Origin: Oculina patagonica
Lineage: Eukaryota
NCBI RefSeq assembly: GCF_052425735.1
Contig: NC_135761.1
Location: 43,152,001-43,216,000 of the forward strand
Length of the DNA stretch: 64,000 nucleotides
Direction: 5' to 3'
Positions 21,756-36,700 of the stretch are shown here, piece after piece. The first letter of the stretch is position 1. Every line of letters begins with the position of its first letter. Both the position numbers and the translations under genes were made by a program. The notes beneath the pieces are model-generated. The model worked only from the letters and a program-made list of their open reading frames with translations. It was not told the origin of the DNA and ran no database searches.

Positions 21756-24700
21756 ATGAATTGTCGGCTGGTTTTCAGAGTTATATTGGTTCTGCTAATA
21801 GCACGACTAGTTTATAACAAAGGTAAGGTTGAAAGCTGAAGAAATCATCATTTGTCTCACTAAATGATCTCGCGTTAAAAAAAGTTTGAACTTTTCATTT
21901 TGTCTGAATTTTCATTTAAATTTAAGGCCGTAAAACGCTCCCTTTTTACTTAAGCTTAGGCATGTAAAAACGTATGGGCTTACCGGAATTTTCGAAGAAA
22001 AGGTTTTGTACAATGGTTTTGCTTTCAGCTCTTTGTTGGTTCTGACGGGTCGTTGTAAAATTCAAGTCAATTTGCATCGATTCATTTTACGGGATGCGCG
22101 CGATAAGTAAAATGAATCGAACAAGAAATAAAACTTAGCTATCGCGGAAAGCCAACTGTAGCGGTAAAAAAATACAAGTTATTGTCTTTTCAATTTATCC
22201 ATAGATGATCCCCATGTGTTCCATAACACAGAAAAAGACGTAAGGGAAAGTAATTTGCCTTTCTTCCAGGTTTGTTCATTAACAGTTAGTTTGGTTACAA
22301 AGCCGGCGAAATGAATTACCGATTAGTTTTCTGTGGTTACTCTCTAAAAAATGTTCGAACTTTAACAAAAGCTGACAAACATTTTATCTTCCTATTCGAG
22401 CATATTATTGCCACTTAAAATATTGAATTATTCACTAAACTTATTTAGAAGCATTTTCCCCCTCCTTTGTTTTAGAATATCGGCATTAAATTCGCAGCAG
22501 CGTTTTTTTATCACCAGTAGTAAAAATTTGCTACCTCTGGCACCAAGATTGAGCGCCACCTAGATGGTGAAAATAATTTATTTAATACATATAATTTATT
22601 TAAAAACGAAGAGGAAAAAAAATTATTTTCCTCTTTTGCATTTTTTTTAAAAGCTGGTTCTCTAACATGAAATAGAAATTGCCCATCCCTGAATGGAATC
22701 GCTAAACATTCTTCTCACAGCTAAAGTGCACAGAGCGTTACCACAAGTCCCACAATATCCATTCATTTATGAAAAGAGAAATTTAACTTTAACATCCCAA
22801 ACCAGGTCTGTGCCAACTGGCTTATACAGTTTAAATGATATAAATTTTGCTATCTGCCATTTATGGCCGTTTTATGAAATATTTGCTTTCTACATGTTGA
22901 AGGTATGACTAAACGGTGTAAAATATTTCTATTTTCAAGACCTTTGTTATCTGCAATTTGCGATGATTTTAACGTTATAGTATTCCAAATAGCAATAAAT
23001 CAATTCCATTTCACTAATTTAAAATAATTTTTCTTTAATGTGCTAGAATGGATACTTTAAGCTCACAGCAGCTTTCAGTTATGACGCCGCGGAGGAATTA
23101 CTTAAAGTTTTTTACTTGGAGGTAAATATTGACGAGATACATACTGTTTTGACTGTTTATTTATCGGGGATTTGTACAAGTTCAATTTGCGTCCAGAAGT
23201 TGACGGCTTACAGTTCGAGTGTTCGTCAAATCACAGCAAAACAGTGATGAATAATTCTAGTATTAGTTCCTGAAAGTACAGCAAAACGAAACAAAACAGT
23301 ACTGAGACACTTACCCGTAATTCCGGACAAATCAACGACGGACGTAGCAAGAGTTCGTTTAACTATACGAAACTATGCGAAACTAGACTGTGCGAAACAC
23401 TAAACTACAATATGAATAAACAAATGTCGAGGCGTGCCCCTTGGAGCTGCACGGGGGCACGCCACATTACGTAAGTTCAGTTCTCGCAGTTTTCTTTGTT
23501 AACACATACAGCCAACAACTCGAAAATTGTTGAACTGAATGCAAGCAGATTACAACATTGCTCCTCATGACAAGCACCGCAAATTTGAAAACAAACTCTC
23601 CCACCGACAGCTAATTTGTCCCTCTTAGCCGGCTGGGCCTGGGGAACGAGGAACAAGTGGCTCTGGAAACACATGATTTGATGGTCAAGATTTTGAACAA
23701 AGAGAATTTAAATCTAGCCAATTAAATCAACCGTAGTAAAATCCATTACAGCACAGGGATTTTAAAACTGTTGATTTGATTGGCTAGATTTAAATTTATT
23801 TTTTGGAAAAACTATCTAATAAAATCATGTGTCCCCAGAGCCACTTGTTCCTCTTGCCCCAGGCTCAGCCGACTAAGAAAGACAAACGGCTCTGAGGACG
23901 TGAATAGTAGTAAATTCCCACCGGGAGCCCCCACTCCCAAACGCCCCAGGTTGGGATAAGATATGGGAAGAGGCGAGCCCAGAGGTGGAAAGGAGCGGGA
24001 GCTACTTAAGGCACAAAGGTGAGCCATCGCTGCGGAGAGGAGGGTGAGGCGACGATCTGAAGTCTGGCGTCCGTTTAAACGAAGAGAGTGAAAAACAGGA
24101 CAAAACAGACCTATTTATACTGAACTAGCCAAAAATTATGCACAGTAGACTCCCTTGAGTATATACAAAAGCAGGGAAGTAAACAAGTGATATCCCAAAG
24201 GAATTAGGGGAATTAGTAACTGCTTACTTCTAAACCGCTTTCAGTGTTCTTTTTTGTGTGTTCTTTTTGTCTAGCTTAAAGCACTTTCCTTGGCTACATT
24301 GCTTACTACTATTCCATTTGGTTATCTATTGGTATGTATAAAAACAGACACAAATTACGTAATTTAGTTATTTCGGATTTATTGAAATAATTTTAAAGTG
24401 ACCCTTTTAATTGAATACCTTTTTGTTTTCTAGGGATGGCTGTTTTTAAAAGCGGTAGGATACAAAGGTACTAACTTTGTCTCTCCACTCACTAATTTGG
24501 CGTTTCGAGCTATCTAATTGGTTCACACTTTGGATATTATATTATAAGTAAAAAACCGACGAGGTTTTTTTCTGATTAAACTAAGAACCTTTCTATCTTA
24601 CTTGAAGATCTCATCTTGGAAACTGAGTATTGCGCCTTAAACTTCAGTGTCGGGTTTTTCAAAGGCGGATTAGCACTAACCCAAGATTAAAAAAAATGAT

Positions 24701-27700
24701 TTAAGGTTCATTTTCGTTTGTATAAATGTGTTTTTATTGCTCAAATATAAATGAAGTTACAACCAAGGAAAAGAAATTAGAAGAGAAAAAACCTCGCTGA
24801 GAATCCCAATCGTGCATTGAACAACCCGGTACAGTAGAGGATTTGTATATTTCTGGTTTGCTGTTTTCTTTAGACAAGGAAAAGGAGAGGCTCCTATTGA
24901 AGGTGACAGAGTATCGGAAACTTTGCATGAAATTGGAGGTAATTACTTCAGCAATTTTTAATTAAGTTACTCTCGAGCTACGCTTCGGAGAGCCATAAGT
25001 TCATGTAATATTAATTTACAAAAAGTGCTATTTTTAGACTATTGAGCCTCCTAAAATTAAACATTTGCACTGATGAAGAGACTAAAATATCAGATTTAAA
25101 GGTTTCAATTTATACTAACTCTTTCATGCTTATAGATTTTGGCCAAATTTCACTGTTCGAAATCTTACAACAGTGAATACAACTTACATTTTAGCAAATA
25201 CTCGCGACAGTGCTGTTTTCGTACCCCCAAAACTCGGCTTCCTTTTTTCAAATAAACTAAGTGGTTAATCGTCAACATAGTTGTATTGTCGCGCCCTAGA
25301 AACTCGTATATTTCTAAAAACGCAAAAGTCTTTAAGTGTTAAGAAATCTGCAATTGGGTATAACATGATACAACAGTTACGCTGGGCAGTTACGCTACAC
25401 AGTTTGCCTCGTCTATTCATCCTTCGACTGTTTAACTTATATTTATATCTTTTTTCTCTTAGAGAGACGTTAACGTGCACAGGCGTGCGCGATTGAACAT
25501 CAGAAATGACCTGGGCAGAGCTAATGCCCGACTTGCAAAACTGGCAAGAGAAAATAAGGTAAGAAGAGTAAGACGGTTAAACAAATAAAACGACTAAATG
25601 AAGAAGGAAAAAATACAAATGATGACAATTGGATAAAGATGTGGTATCTGTATATCTAACACGGGAGACAGTATTTGATCAGGATATCCAAACCCGAAAT
25701 TATAGGTGTTTGAATTACCGATAAACATTTACCTGAAGATATCAGACAGCTGTTTTGATCTAACAACAAACCGATGTGGTACAAATAAAAGTATTTTTCT
25801 TTTTTACTTTAGCTCCCTGTGGCTGACAACAACGAGACTTTTCGTGATGTGGAGGTAAGCTTAAATTTCAGCCGTATTTGTTTCAGAGAAACTCACGAAA
25901 TACAAAGCGTATCAGAAATGATCGCACTACCATGTCTTAGAACAAAATCTAACTGATTTTCACTGAAACATTGTGGGCATTATTGCTGAAATTTAATCCT
26001 CGACCAACGGTTTGTGCCATTTCTGCCGTCAGTCATCTTAGCAGACCTATCGGGAAACAGTAGTTCTCTTCAACCGGTCAAAAGGTCACGTCCGTCAATT
26101 GTGGTTGGTACACTTCAATCCATTTTGTTTATGTCTGTTTATATGGTTTGTTGGCTGTCGCCATAATTATGATTGACGGCAGCAAAAAAACGAAATCGTT
26201 AGTTTGCTTTGAATTTCAGTGTTTGCATATCACTGAAAACCGCAATAATGGGAGCTTTTATTGAGGAGAAGAAAGAAAAAACTGAGAAGTAAGGTTTAAA
26301 ATATGTAAGTTAGGTATGTTACCTGCCCGATTTCAAGGACAGTGGTTTGTTGGCTTGCTTTGGTGAGCACTGACTGCTCTAAAGTGACTCATTAATACAT
26401 CGGAGAGGTTTTGATGTATTAAACTTGTTTTTTTGTGCTGTTCTTCCCTGCAAAATATTGATTTCAGTTTAGATTTCAACAACAGTTTGTCCGTACCAAG
26501 TCAACTTTTAAACAAAACATTCAAGTTATTTTGGAATAGATAGAGACAAGTTTTTGGTTAATTACAAAAACAAACAAACCAACCAACCAACGAACTAACA
26601 AAAGCTGACAAATATTGCACTCCAAACTGAAGGTCTCAGTAATGAACTATCTGCATTAATACTTTTTTTCTTAGATCTTAATGTTGAAGGCTGAAGCTTT
26701 TAAAAGCGAACGGAAATTGGGAAGTGCATTAAAAGAGGTAAGGTCTCAGATGTCCACCAATTGGTGTCATGTGTACTTTTTTTTAAACATAATAACCCTG
26801 AGATTGAGATTGACCGCGCTCTATCCGATACACATCAATAAGTTGCCACGTATCCAGCGTGGTTGACCCAATGGTGTAGTGGATATCACGCCTGACTAGT
26901 ACAGGGAGACGCGGGTTCGAATCCTGTTCGGGGCATGCAATTTTTCTTTCATTGCAGAGACGTCTTTCGAAAGCCATCTGTAATTTATTTACATCTTTCT
27001 TTTTAACCCTGAGATTATTCTAAGGAAACTAACCTTGTGCTGTTATTCTGCCAGTAAATCACATAATCATTTCACTAACCTAGTTTGGAAACCTTGATTT
27101 TTAGCAAAAAATAGATAAGCGTGCTCTCTTTAGACTAAATAGTTTGTGATTAACTTTCTGCATTACATTAATCTTTTTAGACAGCCATGTTGAAGGAGGA
27201 AAATGCGAAAAGTCAAAGTAAACTAAAGGATGCCCTAGACGAGGTGAAGTTTATGAAAGTCTACAAACTGGTGACATTTCACTTTGCTTTAATTATCCGA
27301 GCTTCGTTTATACCTAAGCTTTTTCTTTCTTTACAGAAAAAAGTAACAGATACCCCTTAGAATAGGGTCAATATGACGTTAATATATCCAACGAGACAGA
27401 TCTGCCTAAAGGGCCCCTCTACTCTTACGACTAGTTGACATTCAATTGTTGGGAATAATACCCTAATTCTAAATTTTTCAGGACAAGGGAGAAATAACAT
27501 TTAATCAGTAACAAAAAAAATGCGCGTTTTTGGATTTTATGACGTATAATTGTTTCCCAATCGTCTCACACAAAAGATCCTCCAATAAAAGCAACCATTC
27601 ACGTCATAAATTTAGCTTCTGGCTTGAATCGGTCATCGAAGAGGCCAACGATGCCAACATGGTTGACCCCGATGATAATGAAGACAACCTCGTCCCCAAG

Positions 27701-30700
27701 TCGAGCGGGGGGGGGGGGGGGGGCCCTTCCCGTTCTGAAGGGAAAAACACCCTGGGGATGAGGTTGCGATAAAGAAATCGATATCGAACTAGCCTATGCA
27801 TTAGCGCAGAATAGATTTTTCTTCCACTCACAAACTCTGTTTTCTTTCGTACTCCGCGAGCAAACTACGCGTCTTATTTGTTTCGTTGACGTTGTAACAG
27901 TTAAAGTGAAATAAACGCCTAATATCTATTTAACGCCCCTCCTAGGACCTCTATAATTTAATAGAGACCCCGGGCGTTTATTTAAGGTATATACCATCTA
28001 ATCAAAACAAATTGCGTTGTTAATCTCTTGTGTCCAGCTCTCTGAGGTTTCCGACAATGAGGCAACTGTCAGGGTAGAGGTAGGTTGAATTGTCTTTTTT
28101 GGTTAGCGCCAGGAAAGTACTCCTAAAACAAAAAGTGAGACAAAAATGAACATGATATAATCATAATATTAATTTGAATTTATGTTTTTGTTACCTCTAG
28201 TTGGCCTTAGCTAAAGCCAAACTTGACATTATGAATCAACAAGCCTCAAAATTCGAGAAAGAGGTATATTTTAATTTGTCTTTTCTTTAATTGCAAACGG
28301 ACGAATTCCCTTGCTGTGAATTATTTGATAACGTTATGTCGAGAGGAGGAAACAAGTGGCAGATGTGAAAAATCTATACATGTATCTCTAATATAAAGAT
28401 AAGTAGTGCTGTCCTTACTGTTCGAGTCTAGACCATTGTATTTCTCCGCATAACGCACTAATTTTTAGCTAGAATAAGATATTAGAGTGATACAGATATT
28501 GACGGAAGTTGTTTTGCACGCGTGGAAAACAATGTGTGGACAAAAATGTGTGCACGGAAGTTGTAGAACGGAAGTAATTTTACATGCTACCCCTCCCCCC
28601 CCCCTTAGTGACGTCAAAGCAGAGACCCTTCCCGCCGATTTTCATCATGACTGAGTTGCAGACATTCATTTACAATGTATCTTAAGCAAGATAAAAGACG
28701 CCTTGAAACCCCAAATAAAAATATATTAGCACTAGTGGTGGTCTCACCATCATTTTTGCCCAACTGTTGTATTTTATGGGTTTGTGTGCCAGGCTATGGC
28801 CCACTTAATAAAACTAATTCAATTAAGCTAATCCAAGAAAGTTATGGCAATCCAATCATTTATCTTTTAAAGATTTTCTTCAATGGTTAAGAATTGGCTA
28901 TTCCAACTTAGCCCTTGCTATTTCAAACTGTTACTTGTCTCCCTTTAACACTGTTTACATTCAGTTTATTTAAAAACCCAAAAAAACATGAATGAGCTGG
29001 CTCAAGAGCCCTTTTATTGTAATTTAGTTTCTTACGATCTGTTACACTATAAATTATTAACCACACTTTTGAACATCTCATTTGTTATAGACAATTGTAT
29101 TGAAGGGTAAAGCTGCTAAAACTCATAGGCAGTTTCAAGATGCGGAAACCGAGGTATAGTCGAAAATCGAGTGTGTCGCATATATAAAGCGCCCAAGCCC
29201 AACGCGGACAGTCACAAATAGTGTGCTGCTACGCTAAGGCTTCGCAGCAAAAGTGTGAAAAAATGAACATGATATCATCATAATATTAATTTGAATTTAT
29301 GTTTTTGTCACCTCTAGTTGGCCTTAGCTAAGGCCAAACTTGACATTATGGATGAGCAAGCTTTAAAATTCGAGGAAGAGGTATTTTTAAAATTTGTCTT
29401 CACTTTAATTGCAAATGGACGAATTCCTTTGCTGTGAATTATTTGATAACGTTGTGTCAAAAGGAGGAAACAAGTGGCAGATGTGAAAAATCTATACATG
29501 TGTCTGTAATTTTTAGTTAAGTAGTGCTGTGCTTACTGTTCGAGTCCAGACTATTGTATTTTTCCACAAAATTTTCTGTTTTTTGTAATTTAGTTTCTCA
29601 CGTCCTCTTACAATATAAATTATTAACCACACGTTTGAACATCTTATTTGTTATAGACAATCTTATTTAAAAAAAAAGCTGCTCAAACTCAAAGGCAGTT
29701 TGAAGATGCGAGAAACGAGGTAAAACTTCTACATGACATCAAATCTAGTTTTCAACCTATTTCACCCATTGTACTGTAGGCTCAGCGTGAGGTGCGACAA
29801 GGAACGGTTGTAAACAAAAGAAGTTCAATTCTCCAGTCCAAATATTCCAGGCTTCTGCATATGGCGAAAGACTGTACCATCTTTTAAAAGCTTATTTCGT
29901 TATTTTTTTGTTTAGCTCCTAGTGGTGTCCGACAATGTGGCAACTGTTAGGGTGGATGTTAGTTCAAAGTTTATTTGGCGCTAAGAACGTACTCCTGAAA
30001 CAAAGTAAAAAAATAACATAACATTAGAAAAAACGCTACTAACGCTCCTAGCAAAGAATAGTTTTTATCTTACTCATTTTCGATTAAACGTTTTAAACAG
30101 TCGGTAGTACTTTTAAGAAAAATACAATCGTAAAAATGTAAATGACGCTATTAAAGAATTTTATCTAATTCTTTAACTTCAAGGCTTCTTAAAGAAGCCT
30201 TGAAGTAAAAGAATCAGGTAATTCTTTTTTTAAAGTTTCTCTACTGTATTATTGCAAAAGGACAAATTCCACTTTCAAAGTTAAGAAGAGACTTTTATCA
30301 GGGCAATGTTCCAGGCAGTATCGGAAGAAATTGCGTTTGTTAGGAAATATCTACGAATTAAAAAGTAAATATAAAAATAAACAAACAAATAAATGAATGA
30401 ATGAATGAATGAATGAATAAACAAATTAGTACAATTAAGGACTTTCGCTTCCGTAAATACATATATAGTGCATATTTTGTGCTCCTCTCATAAGTACTCT
30501 GTAGTGATATTCTCACTTTTTACAAGACTCCTTCAGTTCTACTTTAGCTCTATCAGAGCTTATCCCTCCTGCTCACTCACTACCATTAGGTATTGGGTAG
30601 CAGTCCCCTGTCTAAAAAAAATAGAGAAGTTATGTCAAGGGAGTAAGAGTAGCAGGTGGAGTTGTGGGTCGGAGGCTTCGACCTTTCTGCCAACGCTTTC

Positions 30701-33700
30701 AGCTACTGAAAGCTGCTCGATTTTGCTTAATATAATGCTAAGTGACGTCACCAAAGATGTCAATGAGCTATGAAAGAAAACTGCTATTAACATCATCTTG
30801 TAAGTTTTAGTTTGCCAGGTCAAATGGTGAAAGAAAAAGCAGAGACCTGCAATTTAATTTACTATAAATAAAAGCTGCTTTTTACACCATTCTGTATGTT
30901 CCAGATTGCCAGGTCAGCTTTATCAAGTTCTGTCTCTTTCTTTCGTCTTTAATTAAAAGAAAAAAGAAAGAGTTAGAACTTGATAAAGCTGAGAAAGAGG
31001 TTCATGCTATGACTTAAGACATATATTCAGCTTATTCGATTAAGATTTTGGAAAAAAGCACAGAAGTGCACGCGGCAAGACCGAAAGATAGTATGGGTAG
31101 AAGTAGAGAGCTACTGCAAGCGCTGAATACTAATAAGACGTGAATTTGCATGTTTTCTTTCTCATACGTGTGAAAAAAGTACTTCTAGGCACGCTGAAGT
31201 TTAGAAGAATTTTCAATACTCAAAAATACATGTTACAGTAAAAGTAAAACTACAGAAAAAGGCCTCATGAGAGGAAAAATCCTTGACGTCTAAAAATACC
31301 AATCTGTAAATTTCCTCCAGGCTAATATGCAGATTTTAGTGAATTCCAAGACCACCTTTCGGTCTTGCCGCGTACACTTATGTCTTTTTTATGACAAACT
31401 TTCTCTCGAACTGGATATAAACAATTGTTGGACTGCATTTCGCAACTTAATTTTTATGAAATTAGTTCGTTCTTTGCGCATAAAACTGATTTCAAAATTT
31501 GGTGATTTTTTAGGATGCTTGATTTTCTTCTTTGACTTTTCAATTTCACGGTTTTAAATTTAACTGTGAAAATGAAAAGTTTAAGAAGAAATTGGCAAGG
31601 TTCTAAAAACGAAGGGATGCGTTCCTGCAGTTAATGTTTTCCCATTCAGGTAGCTGCAATATACCAAATAATGCCGTGAGCCTCAGTAATTATCCATTAC
31701 ATATTATACTCCCTATATCGAAATGTTTGTGTTAATTTCTAGCTTAAAAGTTGTGTGACATTTGTTCATTTTTTATAACGCTTTAAATATTTTAATAATC
31801 TGGTGACTTTCTGGCCGCCCGATTTTCTTCTTTGCTTCATCTTTCATTTTTACTAATCAAACTGTGGAAATGAAAAGGAAAGAGGAATTGCAAAAGGCTT
31901 AGAGTTTGATAATATGGGGGCGATATGTTGCGTTATAAACAAGTAACGGAGGGTGAAGGCGGCTGGGTTAGATTATTTGAAGGATCACTGAGGTCAGAGG
32001 GCACTGACTTTGTTAACAGCATAACTGAACAGGAGAATAGGCGGTTTGGGTGAAAGAAACAAGCTAAAGGCCTAAACGTTCTTTTCCATACGTTCATCCC
32101 CCACGCTTACTTATAATTAATTTCGGTCTCTTTCAGGTTACCCGGTTAAAGTTGGAAAAGAAGAATATGGTGAAAGAACTAGAAGAAACTAATAACGAGG
32201 TGATAAATTTGTTCACTTTAAATGCAAAAGAAATAACAGAAGCTTATTCCTCCCGCTCACTCACTAGCAAAAGGTATTTGGTAGCAGTCCCCTGTTTGGG
32301 AAATCAAGATAAGGTATGCCGAGGGAAAAAGACCAGCAAGGGGAATGGTGGGCGGGGGGCTTCGCCTTTCTGTCAACGCTCTCAGTAACTGAAAATTCTT
32401 ATTTATTTTGCTCAGGGGGAGGGGGAGGGTAAGAGGGGGGGGGGGGGTGACTCTACTCTTTACAGTGATTTATTCGTGACCGAATCATCACTGCTAGTAT
32501 GATGTCACATGGTATCGAGAGAGCGATTTGCTCTTAGGCAAGATACCTGTCTCTCTCAACCCAGATGTACAAATGGTTATAGGAGCTATTTTATTTCTGG
32601 GGGTAGCCGTGCGATGAACTAGTATCCTGTCAAGAGTGTAAGGCTTATTATTTAGTCACCTCATGATACTTGAGCTGGGATGGGCTCTGGGCTAAAGCCA
32701 CGAGGCGCGCACGCACTGGACAGTTATTTACAATGATTAATAACGCCAGCAGGAATGCTTATCAACTTTAGATAGAAAAAAAAAACAGTTTACATGTCAT
32801 GTGTTATGTTTCAGGTGGCCAGGTCCAATGATGAAAGGGAAAAAGTAAAACTGGAATTTTCAATTTCTAAGAAAGAGGTAATGTCTTTAAAATATATATT
32901 TAAACGCGAAGACTTGGGTGATGGTATTTGCCCTCGACCAAAATTTTAATCTCTAGATTGAACTTGTTATGTTTATTTCTGTCTTTTGTTTTATGAAATT
33001 AGTTCATTCTTTACTTCGCTCTGTAGTTATTTTAAAAATTTGGAGATTTTCAGGCTGCGCGATTTCCTGCTTTGCCTTTTCAAAAAACTCTGTTTCAGGT
33101 TAGCCGGTTAAAGCGTGAAAATGAGGAGATCGTGAAAGAACAAGAAGCAATTAAGAACGAGGTAATAAATTTGTTCACTTATAAATGCAAATGAAAAATT
33201 CTGGGAAAAATATAAATAATATTTAAAGAGAGTTATATTTGGGGAGGTGGAATTTCAACAATGAAGTACCTCATGCAATGTGTGAAGTAACGAGGGAATT
33301 GAAGGACAAATGTCAGTAAACATCAGTAAGAACAAACTATTTTGACACTTAAAGCAAGACCCTATAACTGGTGATCAAGTGTTACATTTTTAACTAATGG
33401 CTGTCTTGATCATGAACATTCCGTGCTTTTTCTAGTATTCTTCTACATTTGATGTTTTTCAGGGTGCTTGATAATATCGTGAAAGTAAAAATGCCAATAT
33501 CTCTTCCTTTGCATTTGCCAGTTTATTCTTGACAACTGCTAAGAGTAAGATAAAAAAATAACATAAATTTAAAGGAGAGTGACGGCTGCTGTGGCGAAAG
33601 GCAGACTTATTTGTAAAGGTGCAATGATTTTGGCTGTTTCAAGACAGTTTACGTTGACAGAACGTTATTTCAAAGAGCACTGTTCTGCCCTTTATTGACG

Positions 33701-36700
33701 TCTAACGAGTCTGTGTTATAGAATGCTAAGTGACAGAAATGCATACGAACTTTAAATACAAAAGAATGTTTTCAATATCATCTTGTGTGTTTTAGTTGGC
33801 CAGGTCCAATGTCGAAAATGAGAAAAGAGAAGTACAATTAACAAAAGCTATGGAGGAGGTAACGTCTTTGAGATTAGTTTTGATATAAAATTTAAAGACT
33901 GCAGGACTTGAAAAACTGAATATTGACCTGGGTGGTGGTATTTTGCCCTAGATCTAGAATGCAACTCATAGATTGAAAAGAAAAAAGATTAACCTTAAGA
34001 TGTCTTATCCATTAGGATGGCCCACAGATTTCAATTGTTTAGAATCATATGCAGCATCTGGTAGCTCAGTGAGGTTTTCTAAAAAAACAAACAAACAAAC
34101 ACATATATAAATAAACAATGCTATTAATAAGGTGTTATTACTTTCAGCTAAACAAAGTTAATAATGCTGTCATGCAGAGGGACAAGGAACTGATTGTTGT
34201 TAAGAGCGAGGTAATGACATTAAAATGTGTACTCTTAAAGTACAGGGAAATTGGGTGGTTAAAAGAAGGGGCTCAAAATGATGTTGTACCTTTTTAGTGT
34301 AAAAATAAGAAACTGGTATGAATACTGAAATAAGGACTAAAGCAAAGTAGATATGGCTTGTCAACACGTTAATCGAATGCAAAGTGGAACTGAGTTAAAA
34401 AATAAAAAAAGATCAACCTTATAATGTCTTATTAACTAGTATGGCCCATGATTATCAATATTGCTTAAACTCTTATGCGGCATCTGGTAGCTGAATAAGG
34501 TTTTCTCAAACAAACAAACAAACAAACAAACAAATAAACAAAAACGTTAATAAATAAACAATGCTAATAATAAAGTGTTACTACTTTCAGTTGAACAAAG
34601 TTAACAATGCTGTTATGCAGAAGGACAAGGAACTGATAATTGCTAAGAGCAAGGTAATGACATTCAAATGTGTAGTCTTGTAGTCTTATTATATTATTAT
34701 TAAGGTCTTACATGTAGTGAAAGATAGAACAACAAGAAATGAGCTTTAAATGGCTAATATGAATCTAAGTCTAAAATGGAGAAACAGACAGCAGATAAAA
34801 ATAAGCTTTTTCCCACGTACACTTTGTTATACTGAATTCGGTCATTCTCCATAGTAACTAATAATTTCAATTTATATTTTATAAGTTCAAATTGTAATTT
34901 AACTACAAAAGTGGTCGCCAGTGAAACCTTACTGATCTGAAGACTTCAATCAAGTCTCGTAGATTGCCATGGATTTCGAAAACTTTCACTTCCAAATTAC
35001 TTCCATGGAAAAACAATTTTAGATATCTGCTTAACATTTAAGTGGACGTTTCAATTTTCAATGCAACTTTAACATTAATGATTTTGATATCAAGTCCATT
35101 TTTTATTCATAAATGCTGCTGTGGTGGTCTGAATTTCACCTCAAAACCTGTAACGGAAATTACATCTTTCGACTAGATATATAAAAATAATTAAGCTGCT
35201 AATATGAAAAAAAAGACTGAAAAATGTTTACAAAAAGGTATAGTTTTGTAAATGTCAGTGGTCCCTTTCGCCAAAATGTCATCTGAACACATCTAATTTG
35301 GCGTTATTGGTGCATTTTTTTATATTTTTAACCAAGGAGTATTCCTTTAATAAAATGGGTTTGTTTTTGTTGATATTCTGAAGATTCTTTTCAGTGATGA
35401 AAAATTATTAAGAATTGGCTTTGGATTTTCTTTGCTTTACTTTTAAAAACGTTTTTTTTCCTGAGTTGCGAAACTCACGGTGCGGCTTCTTTGCCGGTGC
35501 GGCTTATCTGCGGGTGTTGTTTCAAAGGCATCTCGTTGACTGTTTGACTGTTAACTCGTGTTCAGTTGCATTTTGTCCGAGAAGAGAAATTGTTGACATG
35601 CATTATCAAAAACTCAGGCAAATTCTTCTTTCTTTACTTAACAATTAACTGTTATTAATGATGTTTGATTCTTTTTAGATTACGTCGTTAAATGACGAAG
35701 CAGCTAATATGAAAAAGAAATTGGCTTACGCAAACAACAAGGTAAAGTTTTGTAGATGGCTGCGGTGCCTTTCGCTAGGCTTTCAAAAATGGCTTTTTGT
35801 TACTCTTAAAGATCAGCGTAATTCAAGCATTATAACGAAAGTCACAAGTAGACAAATCGACATTTGGCTATATATTACCTTTAAAGTTTTTTCTTCGGTT
35901 GGACAGCGTAAACATTTTGAGGTAGTTAGGGAGAGTTTTTCTTTGACAAAGGGTGTTTGGTTTGCTGGTTTTGTAGGAAGGGACCTTATTAAAGTTCTTT
36001 TAGTTCTGGCATGACTGTTTAGAAGGATGTGCAGTTGTACACCTTTAACATATTTGATAACAAATAAAATTTGTCATCCCTTTATTCTCGATTTGTGTTT
36101 TTGATTGTTAAACGTTTTGCGTTCCCTGGCTCACGTAGCCGCACTGTTTGAGACAACATGGTGGTTGAATGGCTACTTTGGGTTAAACTACAGTCTGATA
36201 CCTTATCGATCAATTAGCTGGCAACGTTCAGAGCTAGCATATGTTTTAGCAAATTTTTATGTAATATAAATTGAAGTTGATGTGACAACCATGAAAGGAG
36301 TTCAGAGAAGTCATAAGATTACTCCATTCAAATATGCAGATCCGACACGCAATATGCTGCAAGACTTCCACTCTTGCGTTACATTCAAAGGTGAAATTCA
36401 CTTCTAGTGTACCATTATGATGCACTATTCGGGCTGGCCAATCACATCCCCCTTTTCTATTATGTCAATCAAGACCATGCGGTTTTATCTAGACATGAGT
36501 AGTTTAACTCTAATTTAATTCTTTGAGCTCCCTGGAAGAGTTTGCACTTGTTTCCATTAATTGACTGTTTAACAGCTAATCTTTGGAAATGGTTTTATCT
36601 ATATTTATAAAAGTTAACGTTCAAGAAAAGATTAATTTCTTGGTGATATCCTTACTAAATTAACTAGAAAAAAGACATGAACGTTAATTTTTAAAAAAAG

